From Eledone cirrhosa (taxonomy: Eukaryota), in NCBI GenBank assembly GCA_964016885.1, contig OZ024743.1:157914001-157978000 (forward strand): a stretch of 64,000 nt of DNA, written 5' to 3'. Positions 40,952-52,699 of the stretch are shown here, piece by piece. Numbering within the stretch: position 1 is the stretch's first letter; every line of letters begins with the position of its first letter. A program made the position numbers and the translations under genes. Under the pieces are notes generated by a model. The model worked only from the letters and a program-made list of their open reading frames with translations. It was not told the DNA's origin and did no database searches.

Positions 40952-41186
40952 GTTGTTTTTTGTTGTTTAAAATAAATATTGGGCACAAAACCCCAATAAG
41001 CAGTTATTTAACCCCGAAGGGCCAAATAACGGGCAGAAAGACCCCTCTCACGAGGAGGGTGTTTTTGTCTACAAGTTGGTTAAAGTTTTAAACAATTTAC
41101 GATTGTTATAGCGTTCAAAATTTACAATACCTTACAGAGCCGAGCCTCCGTCAACCATAGCATTCAATAATAATAATAATAATAAT

Positions 41187-42318
41187 GTTTTCTTTATTAA
41201 CCACAAGGGTTTACATAAAGTAGACATTAAGGACAGTACAGGACAATACAGGACGGTACAAATGGGCATTTCTGCGTGTAAAAAAAAACAGAGGATGTAA
41301 TAAAATAACAAAGAAAAATTCCCCAATAGGGGGGAGACTTCCGTGGGACATTTGTGGAGAAAGCCCATTAAAAGACCACAGTGACCCTGACCACCAGGGC
41401 AAGTGCCCTCTCCCAGTTTTCCACCTTTAATTTACAGACATATACTCAGATTAGGCCCATTCACTCGGGCCATACTCGCTTCTCTCACCCATCTTTCAAC
41501 AAAATGCTGGGAAGAGAGCACTTCCCTCTCTACCCTGATTTTCCTTTTCAAATGAAATTTGAAAAAGTTAATCAGGGCTTCACCGAAGAGGTAAATGCTC
41601 GTCTTCAGCCCTTTCAAACGCGTCCACCATACTATCTCTTTCGCCATGGCCACCAGACAGATAAAAACTGCCTGCCCTTCCCGGCTAAAGGAAGAGGGCG
41701 AGGCAGTCCTCACGATGGACTCAGCTGATAGCTGGATCCGTCCTACACGTGACAGCAGGTGTTCGACATAAACCCACAAGTCAGCAATGCTCGGACACTG
41801 GACGAGTGCGTGCAGGACGGTTTCGTCGCCCTGCGCGCATCTCGGACATGCCCGGCTGACGGCACCTCCATGCCTGTAGAGTTTATCCCGAACTGGCAAA
41901 GCTCCCCGGTAGCACTGCCAGGCCAGGGATTTCTGGAAGTTGTCCATAGGCCCTGGCCCGAAAGTCCTTCCGAAGAGATTGGCTAGTTGATTTTCGTCGA
42001 CGCCTAGAGTTTCCCCAAGTACGTCGTCGCTCTTCCCCTCCTCTAATCCTCTATAGAACGCCAAGGTGGAGTTTCCACCGATCACATTGCCCGATTGGTC
42101 GAGCGCCTGAAGACATTCCAGTCTCCAAGCGCTCCCTCTCGGTCTTCGCTTGACCCAAGACTGCAGCTCCGTTAAGGAGACGAGCTGGGAAAAGACGTGT
42201 CTAGCAAACGGCGACCACACCTGATCACCGTCGAGGAAGAGGTGGAGATGTCGTAGCCTGAGCGCGTGTCTGTGCATCATCAGCCAAGGCATGCCCAGCC
42301 CATCGGAGCGCGTCTCTT
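41187..42318 (-). mobile_element. Tx1 LINE, 5'-truncated copy
   Basis: Near-identical to 35159-36330; ORF 41432-42318 is the ORF2 C-terminus. Confidence 0.92.
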
Positions 42319-42341
42319 CAACAACAATAATAATAATAATA

Positions 42342-42343
<2 letters not shown>

Positions 42344-42383
<40 letters not shown>

Positions 42384-45300
42384 GTTGTTATTCCTTGAAT
42401 CTCAGTCATTGATGTTGGTTAACTGGAAAGTCCGTTGGATTGAATATCAAGCCACTACCTGCAGCCTCAGATATTCAGGACGTATCGGAGGGTTCTTGCT
42501 GTTCCAAGCAAGCATGCCTTTTGAAGCGTTCCAAAAAGCGTGAAGGGGCCGATTTTCTTTAACCATCCCTGGAAACCTTTGGAGATAGTCCCCAGTGCGC
42601 CTATGACAATCGGGATCACTTTGACTTCATGGCAGTTCCAGATCCTTTTCACCTCCCACTTTAGGTCCTGGTATCGGTTAATTTTCTCCCTCTCCTTCTC
42701 TTGCACTCTCGTGTCGAACGGGCAGGCCACATCCACAATCAGACACGATCTTTTTTCTTTGTCCACAACCACCAGGTCAGGTCTATTGTGTTCCAGTTTT
42801 TTGTCCGTCTGTATCCTAAAATCCCACAGCAGCTTCACCTGATTGTCCTCCATCACCGCCTCTGGCCTATGCTCATACCATTTCTCAGAATGTGGTAAAT
42901 TGTTTACTTTGCACAGGTGCCAGTGGATCACCCTGCCCATCACATCGTGTCTCCAGCCCTTATAGTGGGTCTGGGCTAGGTGTTTACACTCGGACACAAT
43001 GTGAGCCACAGTCTCCTCTCTCTCTCCACAGATCCTGCACAGTGGGCTAGCCTCCTCCTTGTAGATATGGTGCTTCAACCACTTCGTTTTGAGGGCCTGC
43101 TCCTGCGCAGCCATTAGCATTCCTTCTGTAGCCTTTTTGAGGTCTCCTCTTCTCAACCAGTTCCATGTCTGTGGATCTCTAAATTCAGTTTTCTCAAAGA
43201 AGGTACTATGAAGGGATTTTCCCTTAAGGCTGCTCTTCCTCCTTGATGTTATTTCCTCCTTGGACATCCCCTGGCCTACTGTCCCCTCCTTCAGTACAGT
43301 TCTGAGCATTGGCTCCTTACTATAGGTCACGTATTTGTATAGGTTGTTTTTCTCCATCTGAACACAGTCCTCTATGCTGATAAGACCCCTTCCACCCTCA
43401 GATCTCCTTAAGTAGAGTCTATCGACATCACTCCTCTTGTGGAACATGTTGTAGATAGTCAATAGCTTCCTAGTCTTCCTATCCATTTCTTTTTGTTCAG
43501 CAACATTCCATCTCAGAATTCCCGCACTGTACCTAATAATAGACACAGCTCGGGAATTTACTGCGCTTATGGCATTTCTGCTGTTCAGATGTGACTTCAA
43601 TACGCTCCTTACTCTCCGAATGTATTCAGTTCTTAACAATTCCTTCATTTTTTTGTTCTTTATGCCATCAGCCTCCAGAACGCCCAAATACTTGTATCCT
43701 TCCTCAGAGTCAATTTCCTTTATCATCTCACCTGTTGGTATCTGGATCCCGTTACTTCTGCTCAACCTACCCCTCTTCATCACAATGACTCCACATTTAC
43801 CAATACCAAACTGCATACATATATCACTGCTGAAAATACGGACAGTGTCAACAAGCACATCCAACTCCTTCTCACTTTTCCCGAAGAGCTTAAGATCATC
43901 CATGAAGAGGAGGTGATTGATGGTAAGCTCTCCCCTTCCCAACTTGTATCCTGCTCTCACTTTTCGCAGCATAATGGTCAAGGGCATCAGGGCAAGGACA
44001 AACAACAGAGGGGACAGGCTATCTCCCTGGAAGATACCTCTCTTGATCTTCACGCTTCCCAAGGATACTCCAGTTGATGTCAACTCTGTCTCCCAGGACC
44101 CCATACTCCTGCCTAGCAACTGTCTGATGTTATCTGCCACCTTGAAGATCTCCAGGCTTTTGGTGATCCAGGAATGGGGCACCATGTCAAATGCCTTTCT
44201 GTAGTCTATCCATCCCATGGCAAGATCAGTGTGTCTCCTCCTGCAATTCCCCATTACCATCTTATCAATAAGCAACTGGTCCTTTGTACCACGTGACTTC
44301 TTTCGGCATCCTTTCTGTTCGTCCGGTAACAAGTTGTTTGTGTGGAGGTGATGGTAGATTTCCTCAGACACAATGCTCGTCAACAGTTTCCACATTACGG
44401 ACAGACATGTGATAGGTCTATAGTTGGTAACATCATTACCCTTGATTCGGGCTTTCATTATCAGAACTGTGGTACCTTTTGTCAACCACTCTGGCACCTC
44501 ACCCGACACCAAGCAGTCATTGAACATGGCCGTCAGCTTCGGGTGGAGGGATGTTAAATGTTTAATCCAATACCCCTGCACACCATCTGGGCCTGGTGAT
44601 TTCCAGTTGGTTAGTTTTTTGGCCTGCCCCTTAAGAGTTTCAACTGTGATACTCAACTCAGTTTGTTGTTGTGCCTGCTCACCGATCTCCCTCTGTACTG
44701 TCTCAATCCACCCTGCCTGGGCATTGTGTCTAACATCCTGCTCCCATATTCCTCTCCAGAATGTTTTAGTTTGCTCCGCCCCAGGGATCAAGTCGTTGCC
44801 TCTTTCTTTCCCCTCAAGCTGTCCAAACAGCATCTTCTGGTTGTTGTCGAACATGCGGTTCTGTTTATACTGACTGACTCTGTTCTCGTATCGCCTGATT
44901 TTTGCACTCTTTGCTACAATGCGTTGCTTCAGTTCCTCTATGATAATATTTAGCTTTTTACTCCTAGTTTTGTTTTTTATTTCCAGTCTATTTTTAGTGC
45001 CTATGTTTTTTAGTGTCCCATTCAGTAGTGACTCAAGCTTTCCTATGTCATTTCTCATTTCCCCGATTTGCCCACTCAGTCGCTTCTTCCACTACGGCTC
45101 TGCTCTTTCTTGTCTGTTGTTTCCTCTCGCTTTTATACCAAGTAGTTTCCTCACCGTATTTGCTGTTGCTTTGAGGATATTGTTGCACTGGTGAAGGCTC
45201 CTCGCCTCAAGGTATGGGATGACTTTGTTTACCTTAGCTGTTGTTTCTTTTAACTTTTTCCTGTCTACAAATCTTAGGTTCATAGGTCTCCCACTATCAT

Positions 45301-46930
45301 TGTTCAATTCATCTACCACTAAATTTAGGATGTCAACCGAATCTTGTCCTAGCCCGTCAGCATTCATCTCCTCAGTGGCCGTATCTCTGTTCCAGGTATT
45401 ATTTATCTCAGTATTCAGATCATTGTCTGCTTCGGGTGGTTCCTCCGTTCTCAGGACCTCTTCACCTTCATTTCCCACTGGCTCGCTTGTCTGGCATACT
45501 ACACCCGCCATCTCCAAGCCATTCTCTCTGCTCAGTTCCTCCAGTTCCAGCTCGCTTATCCATCCATTAGTTCTTATTACGCGAGCCTGCCCGGCCAATT
45601 TTTGTTCATCTAATTTAAATAACCCAATCTCGTTCCAGATGTTATGCATCCGTCTCCTGTAGCCCCTCTCCTTGGGGTTACTTTTCAGGTAACATTGCAT
45701 AACAGTTCTATTCAATTCTTTCGTCCAGTTGGTTCTGGCCCCTTTCCTTCTTCTCCTTCCTCCAACATCAGCAGTATTTGGTTGACAGTCAGGTTCCTGC
45801 TGCTGAGCCAGGGGGCACCTGTTGGGTGAGAGTCTGTCACATGACGTTCTAGACTCCATTTCACCGTTATTCGAACTGTTTATGTTCGATATTTAAACAC
45901 TCTTATCGAGGATTGGCGAATGTATGGTTACATATCCATCTGTGGATCCGCCATTCCACTTGGCCCTTGTGTGGCATTATCACCACGCTGTATACGAACA
46001 CACATAAACAAACAAACACACGGGCAGAAAGGGCCCCAAAAATGAATAAGCATAAGTTTCATTGTAATGTAGTGTTCGAATGTCTGACTTAGTTTTTGTT
46101 TTTTAAGTTTTAGTTTTTCCCCCCTCTTCTCTGTCCGTCCGCCTGATTCTCTCTTCATTCTTATTTTCTTTACGTTTTTGGGGTTTCTTTTTTTGTTTTT
46201 GTTTTTCTCTGTTTGTTTTTCTCGTTTTTGCTGTTGTTGCTGTGCTGCTTTGGTTTTGTTGTTTGTTTTTTCTTTTTTCTTTTGAGTCTATCTATATATT
46301 TTGATGCCTTCCTCTTATTAATAGTAGGAATTCTATAATGTGGAAGTAGCAGCCAGCAGGGAGAAGTGGGAGACTGGCGGCGGTAGCGATACTGAGACAG
46401 TGGTGGTGGTGATGTCGATACCGAGGCAGTGGTGGCGGTGATGTGACCGTATTACTGTAGTGATGGTGCTGTAGCGGTGGCAGCAGTGAAGGAGTGAAGG
46501 GGTGGTGGCGGCGGTGATGGGATAATGGTGGTAATGATGGCCGTAGTGAGCGGTTGAAAATGCCGTTATCTGGCTGTTGTGTTTAGTGTACACAGATGAT
46601 GGGGTGGGTGGTGTATCTAGTTTCTGGTGTTGGTGAGTTTGGCTGTCCTATATAGTGTAGACAGAGGAGAGGAGGGGGGGGGGTCTTCTTCCATTTATAG
46701 CCATTTTTTTTTTTGGATATACAGTGTACAATACAAAGTTGAATATTTGAATATTTGAGCCTTATAACAATATATTTTGGGTCTGAATTTTTGGGGGGCT
46801 CAAGCCGGGTGCGTTACGTAGCATTTGTACTAAGAGTTGTTATTTCACAAATGATTTAAATATGTTAAAAATTCAAAACTTACGGGAGCGATTTCATGAC
46901 CTCCGTCACCTCGTGCGTCTTCTTCCCTTA
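42344..46930 (-). mobile_element. Full-length R4/Dong LINE between ATT tracts
   Basis: Single long ORF, a short 3' UTR and about 1 kb of 5' region; (ATT)n at 42343-42383 and 46940-46977. Confidence 0.93.
42467..45859 (-). CDS. R4/Dong polyprotein (RT + CCHC + restriction-like endonuclease), 1130 codons with one in-frame TAG at 45092-45094
   Basis: Motifs KSPGPDG, NYRPITCL, WIDYRKAFD, GIFQGDSLSP, LFMDDLK, YKYLG, CRICG..ETVAHIVSEC, RHD, RPDL, DVACP and KI.RY. ORFs 45092-45859 and 42467-45058 are in frame, and the sister copy has TGG at the stop. Confidence 0.92.
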
Positions 46931-46938
46931 TATTTATA

Positions 46939-46977
<39 letters not shown>

Positions 46978-47378
46978 GTTGAGATTGGTTGTGGTGGTGG
47001 TGAAATTGCCGTTATCTGGCTGTTGTGTTTAGTGTACACAGAGGGGTGATGGGGTAGGTGGTGTATCTAGTTTCTGGTGTTGGTGAAATTGCTGTTGTTT
47101 GGCTGTTCTATATAGTGTAGACAGAGGAGGGGGGGTCTTCTTCTTCCATTTATAGCCATTTTCTTTTTTGAATATACAATGTACAATACAAAGTTGAATA
47201 TTTGAGCCTTATAACAATATATTTTGGGTCCGAATTTTTTTCGGGCTCAAGCCGGATGCTTTACGTAACATTTGTACTAAGAATTGTTATTTCACAAATG
47301 ATTTAAATATGTTAAAAAATCAAAATTTACGGAGGCGATTTCTCGACCTTCTACCCACCATGTGTGTCTTCTTCCCCC
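46555..47378 (-). repeat. Direct repeat of a ~375-bp R4 5'-terminal module (46555-46927 and 47001-47377) separated by (ATT)n
   Basis: Both copies run TGCCGTTATCTGGCTGTTGTGTTTAGTGTACACAG...GTCTTCTTCCC. Confidence 0.88.
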
Positions 47379-47411
47379 ATAATAATGATAATAATAATTA
47401 CTATTATTATT

Positions 47412-50400
47412 GTCCCAAGTTTTAACAAAATGTTTAATTCCAACATTAAGGGAATTTATGTCAACACATGTACGGGACTAGCGCCATAGATTCACCGCAC
47501 GGACATCAGTAACGACAACGCCATCACTACAGTCACCGCCGCCGCCGCCCATCCATCATTACTACCACTATCCCATCACCGCCGCCACCACTCCTTCATT
47601 GCTACCACCGCTACCCCACTACCTTCTGTTAACTTACGAAAGGGGAGCATGGCGATATCACTAGACAATATTGATAAACAAGATTAATATTTAATTTTGG
47701 ATCAGGAATGTTGGAGTCGAAAATGGCAAAATGACTAAACGACTACAGATTATTATTTCACCACCAATACTACCACCACTGCCACGATGAAAACTCTGGT
47801 CGAATCGACTCAAACTTATACCCCAACTACAACACCATCACTACAGTAATACGACCACATCACCACCACTACTAAACGACTACAGATTATTATTATTTCA
47901 CCACCAATAACACCACCACTACCACGATGAAAACTCTGGTCAAATCGACTCAAATTTATACCCCAACTACAACACCATCACTACAGTAATACGATCACAT
48001 CACCACCACCACTGCCTCAGTATCGCTACCACCGCTATTCTCTCCCATTACCTCCTGCTGCTAGCACACCAACGCCACCACATTGTAGAATTCCTACTAA
48101 AAAAGAGGAAGGCATCAAAATATATAGATAGACTCAAAAGGAAAAACAAAAATCAAAATCAAAGCAGCACAGCAACAACAACAACAACAACAAAAAAAGC
48201 AGACAAAAAAGCAAAAACAAAAAAACGTAAAGAAAATAAGAATGAAGAGAGAAACAAACGGACGGACAGAGAAGGGAAGGGAAAAACTAAGTCAGACATT
48301 CGAACACTACATTACAATGAAACTTATGCTTATTCATTTTGGGGTTTTTTCTGCCTGTTTGTTTGTTTGTTTATTTGTGTTCGTCTACAGCGTGATAATG
48401 CCACACAAGAGCCACGTGGAGCGACGCAACCACCGGAGACGGTGAATCCACAGGTGGTTATGTAACCATACATTCGCCAATCCTCGATAAGAGTGTTTAA
48501 ATGTCGAACCTAAACAGTTCGAATAACGGTGAAATGGAGACTAGAACGTCATGTGACAGACTCTCACCCAACAGGTGCTCCCTGGCTCAGCAGCAGGGGC
48601 CTGGCTGTCAACCAAATACTGCTGGTGTCGGAGGAAGAAGAAGAAGGAAAGGGACCAGAACCAATTAGACGAAATGATTGAATAGAACTGTTATGCAATG
48701 TTACCTGAAAAGTAACCCCAAGGAGAGGGGCTATAGGAGACGGATGCATAACATCTGGAACGAGATTGGTCTATTTAAATTAGATGAACAAAAATTGGCC
48801 GGGCAGGCTCGGGTAATAAGAACTAATGGGTGGATAAGCGAGCTGGAACTGGAGGAACTGAGCAGAAAGATTAGCTTGGAGATGGAGGGTGGAGAATGCC
48901 AGGCAAACGAGCCAGTGGGAAATGAAGGTGAAGAGGTCGAGAGAACGGAGGAACCACCCGAAGCAGACAATGATCTGAATGCTGAAATAAATAATACCTG
49001 GAACAAAAATACGGCCATTGAGGAGATGAATGCTGACGGGCTAGGACAAGATTTGGTTGATATCCTAAACTTAGTGGTAGATGAAATGAACAATGATAGT
49101 GGGAAACATAATAACCTAAGGTTTGTAGACAGGAAAAAGTTAAAAGAAACAACAGCTAAGGTAAACAAAGTCATCCCATACCTTGAGGCGAGGAGCCTTC
49201 ACCAGTGCAACAATATCCTCAAAGCAACAGCAAATGCGGTGAGGAAATTACTTGGCATAAAAGCGAGAGAAAACAACAAACAAGAAAGATCAGAACCTTG
49301 GTGGAAGAAACGACTGAGTGGGCAAATCAGGGAAATGAGAAATGACATTGGAAAGCTTGTGTCCCTACTGAATGGGACACTAAAAAACATAGACACTAAA
49401 AATAGACTGGAAATAAAGTAAAAAACTAGGAGGAAAAGGCTAAATATTATCATAGAGGAACTAAAGCAACGTATTGTAGCCAAGAGTGCAAAAATTAGGC
49501 GATACGAGAGCAGAATCAGTCAGTATAGACAGAACCGCATGTTTGACAACAACCAGAAGATGTTGTTTGGACAGCTTGAAGGGAAAGAAAGAGGCAACGA
49601 ATTGATCCCTGAGGCGGAACAAACTAAGACATTCTGGAGAGGAATATGGGAGCAGGATGTTAGACACAATGCCCAGGCAGTGTGGATTGAGACAGTACAA
49701 AAGGAGTTTAGTGAACAGGCACACCAACAAACTGATTTGAGTATCACAGTTGAAACTCTTAAGGGGCAGGCCAAAAAACTAACCAACTGGAAATCACCAG
49801 GCCCAGATGGTGTGCAGGGGTATTGGATTAAAAATATAACATCCCTCCACCCGAAACTGACAACCATGTTCAATGACTGCTTGATGTCAGGTGAGGTACC
49901 AGAGTGGTTGACAAAAGGTACCACAGTTCTGATAATGAAAGACCGAATCAAGGGTAATGATGTTACCAACTATAGACCTATCACATGTCTGTATGTAATG
50001 TGGAAACTGTTGACGAGCATTGTGTCTGAGGAAATCTACCATCACCTCCACACAAACAACTTGTTACCGGACGAACAGAAAGGATGCCGAAAGAAGTCAC
50101 GTGGTACAAAGGACCAGTTGCTTATTGATAAGATGGTAATGGGGAATTGCAGGAGGAGACACACTGATCTTGCCATGGGATGGATAGACTACAGAAAGGC
50201 ATTTGACATGGTGCCTCATTCTTGGATCACCAAAAGCCTGGAGATCTTCAAGGTGGCAGATAACATCAGACAGTTGTTGGGCAAAAGTATGAGGTCCTGG
50301 GAAACAGAGCTGACATCAACTGGAGAATCCTTGGGAAGCGTGAAGATCAAGAGAGGTATCTTCCAGGGAGATAGCCTGTCCCCTCTGCTGTTTGTCCTTG

Positions 50401-52022
50401 CCCTGATGCCCCTGACCAGTGTACTGCGAAAAGTGAGAGCAGGATACGGGTTGGGAAAGGGAGGGCTTACCATCAATCACCTCCTCTTCATGGACGATCT
50501 TAAGCTCTTCGGGAAGAGTGAGAAGGAGTTGCATGTGCTTGTTGACACTGTCCGTATTTTCAGCAGTGATATATGTATGCAGTTTGGTATTAGTAAATGT
50601 GGAGTCATTGTGATGAGGAAGGGTAGGTTGAGCAGAAGTAACGGAATCCAGATACCAACAGGTGAGATGATAAAGGAAATTGACTCTGAGGAAGGATACA
50701 AGTATTTGGGCGTTCTGGAGGCTGATGGCATAAAGAACAAAAAAATGAAGGGATTGTTAAGAACTGAATACATTCGGAGAGTAAGGAGCGTATTGAAGTC
50801 ACATCTGAACAGCAGAATGCCATAAGCGCAGTAAATTCCCGAGCTGTGTCTATTATTAGGTACAGTGCGGGAATCCTGAGATGGAATGTTGCTGAACAAA
50901 AAGAAATGGATAGGAAGACTAGGAAGCTATTGACTATCTACAACATGTTCCACAAGAGGAGTGATGTCGATAGACTCTACTTAAGGAGATCTGAGGGTGG
51001 AAGAGGTCTTATCAGCATAGAGGACTGTGTTCAGATGGAGAAAAACAACCTACACAAATACGTTACTGATAGTAAGGAGCCAATGCTCAGAACTGTACTG
51101 AAGGAGGGGACAATAGGCCAGGGGATGTCCAAGGAGGAAATAACAACAAGGAGAAAGAGAAACCTTCATGAAAAATCCCTTCATAGTGCCTTCTTTAAGA
51201 AAACTGAATTTAGAGATTCACAGACATGGAACTGGTTGAAAAGAGGAGACCTTAAAAAGGCTACAGAAGGAATGCTAATGGCTGCGCAAGAGCAGGCCTT
51301 CAAAACGAAGTGGCTGAAACACCATATTTGCAAGGCGGAGGCTAGCCCACTGTATAGGATCTGTGGAGAAAGAGAGGAGACTGTGGCTCACATTGTATCC
51401 GAGTGTAAACACCTAGCCCAGACTCACTATAAGGGCTGGAGACATGATGTGATGGGCAGGGTGATCCACTGGCACCTATGCAAAGTAAACAATTTACCAC
51501 ATTCTGAGAAGTGGTATGAGCATAAGCCAGAGTCCGTGATAGAAAACGATCAGGTGAAGGTGCTATGGGATTTTAAGATACAGACGGACAAGAAACTGGA
51601 ACACAATAGACCTGACCTGGTGGTTTTGGACAATGGAAAAAGATCGTGCCTGATTGTGGATGTAGCCTGCCCATTCGACACGAGAGTGCAAGAGAAGGAG
51701 CGGAAGAAAATTAACCGATACCTGGACTTAAAGTGGGAGGTAAAAAGGATTTGGAACTGCCATGAGGTCAAAGTGGTCCCGGTTGTCATAGGCGCACTAG
51801 GTACTATCTCAAAGAGTTTCCAGTTTAAAGAAAATTGGTCCCGCCCCGCTTTTTGGAACACTTCAAAAGGCATGCTTGCTGGGAACAGCAAGAACCCTCC
51901 GATACGTCCTGAATATCTGAGGCTGCAGGTAGTGGCTTGATATTCATTTCAACAAACTTTCCAGTTAAATAACATCAATGACTGAGACTCAAAGAACAAT
52001 AATAATAATAATAATAATAATA
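47412..52022 (+). mobile_element. Full-length R4/Dong LINE, second copy, several lesions
   Basis: ATG at 48534; stops near 48667, 48675 and 49419; frameshifts near 50818 and 51822. Ends GAGACTCAAAGAAC(AAT)n, then (AGT)n. Confidence 0.92.
47734..48012 (+). repeat. 137-bp tandem duplication in the R4 5' region
   Basis: ACTAAACGACTACAGATTATT... starts at 47734 and again at 47871. Confidence 0.85.
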
Positions 52023-52029
52023 GTAGTAC

Positions 52030-52100
<71 letters not shown>

Positions 52101-52190
52101 CGCTAAACATTGTGGGCAATGCAGTTTTTTCCTCGCTCACCATATTCCGATAGCGAGACTCTTCTATACACACACGCACACGCACACACG

Positions 52191-52298
<108 letters not shown>

Positions 52299-52699
52299 CA
52301 AATTAAAATGAAGAATTAGAAATAGGACTATCCATCATCAGTGATCTACTAGCCATCATAGATATTTCTTCGCATTAAAGATCAGATACCCCAGGCTAGC
52401 GCGAACAATAACTAAAATAAGTTATTGGGATAAAAAGAATTGGGTGGAGAAAGAGAGACAGGTAAACAAACATGAATGATGAGGCAACGAAAGAGAGGAA
52501 AAAATGAGAAAATCAAGTCAATGATTCATATAACATGTGTAATGAAAGCAACTCGCTTTCAACAAATTATCCAGAGGAATAACATATATGTTCTCCTAAC
52601 CTGACTAAATGTTTCTTCGTAGCGCCTCAACAATACAGCCATCACAATATGGACAGTACACCAAGTTTTAGACGGGTACCTTACGTCAATAGTTTTTGT

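Larger units (their letters stand above)
35159..41165 (-). mobile_element. Full-length Tx1/L1-type LINE (~6.0 kb) flanked by (AAT)n
   Basis: 5' UTR, ORF1, ORF2 (APE-RT-CCHC) and 3' UTR are all present; AAT tracts lie at 35128-35158 and 41166-41186. Confidence 0.93.

Noticed and set aside
45092-45094. Programmed stop-codon read-through splitting the R4 ORF
   Set aside because: The sister copy has TGG at this position, so a simple nonsense mutation or sequencing error is more likely.
48470-48536. Canonical HDV-like or twister ribozyme in the R4 5' UTR
   Set aside because: P1, P3 and P1.1 could not be assigned; kept only as an unclassified structured-RNA candidate.
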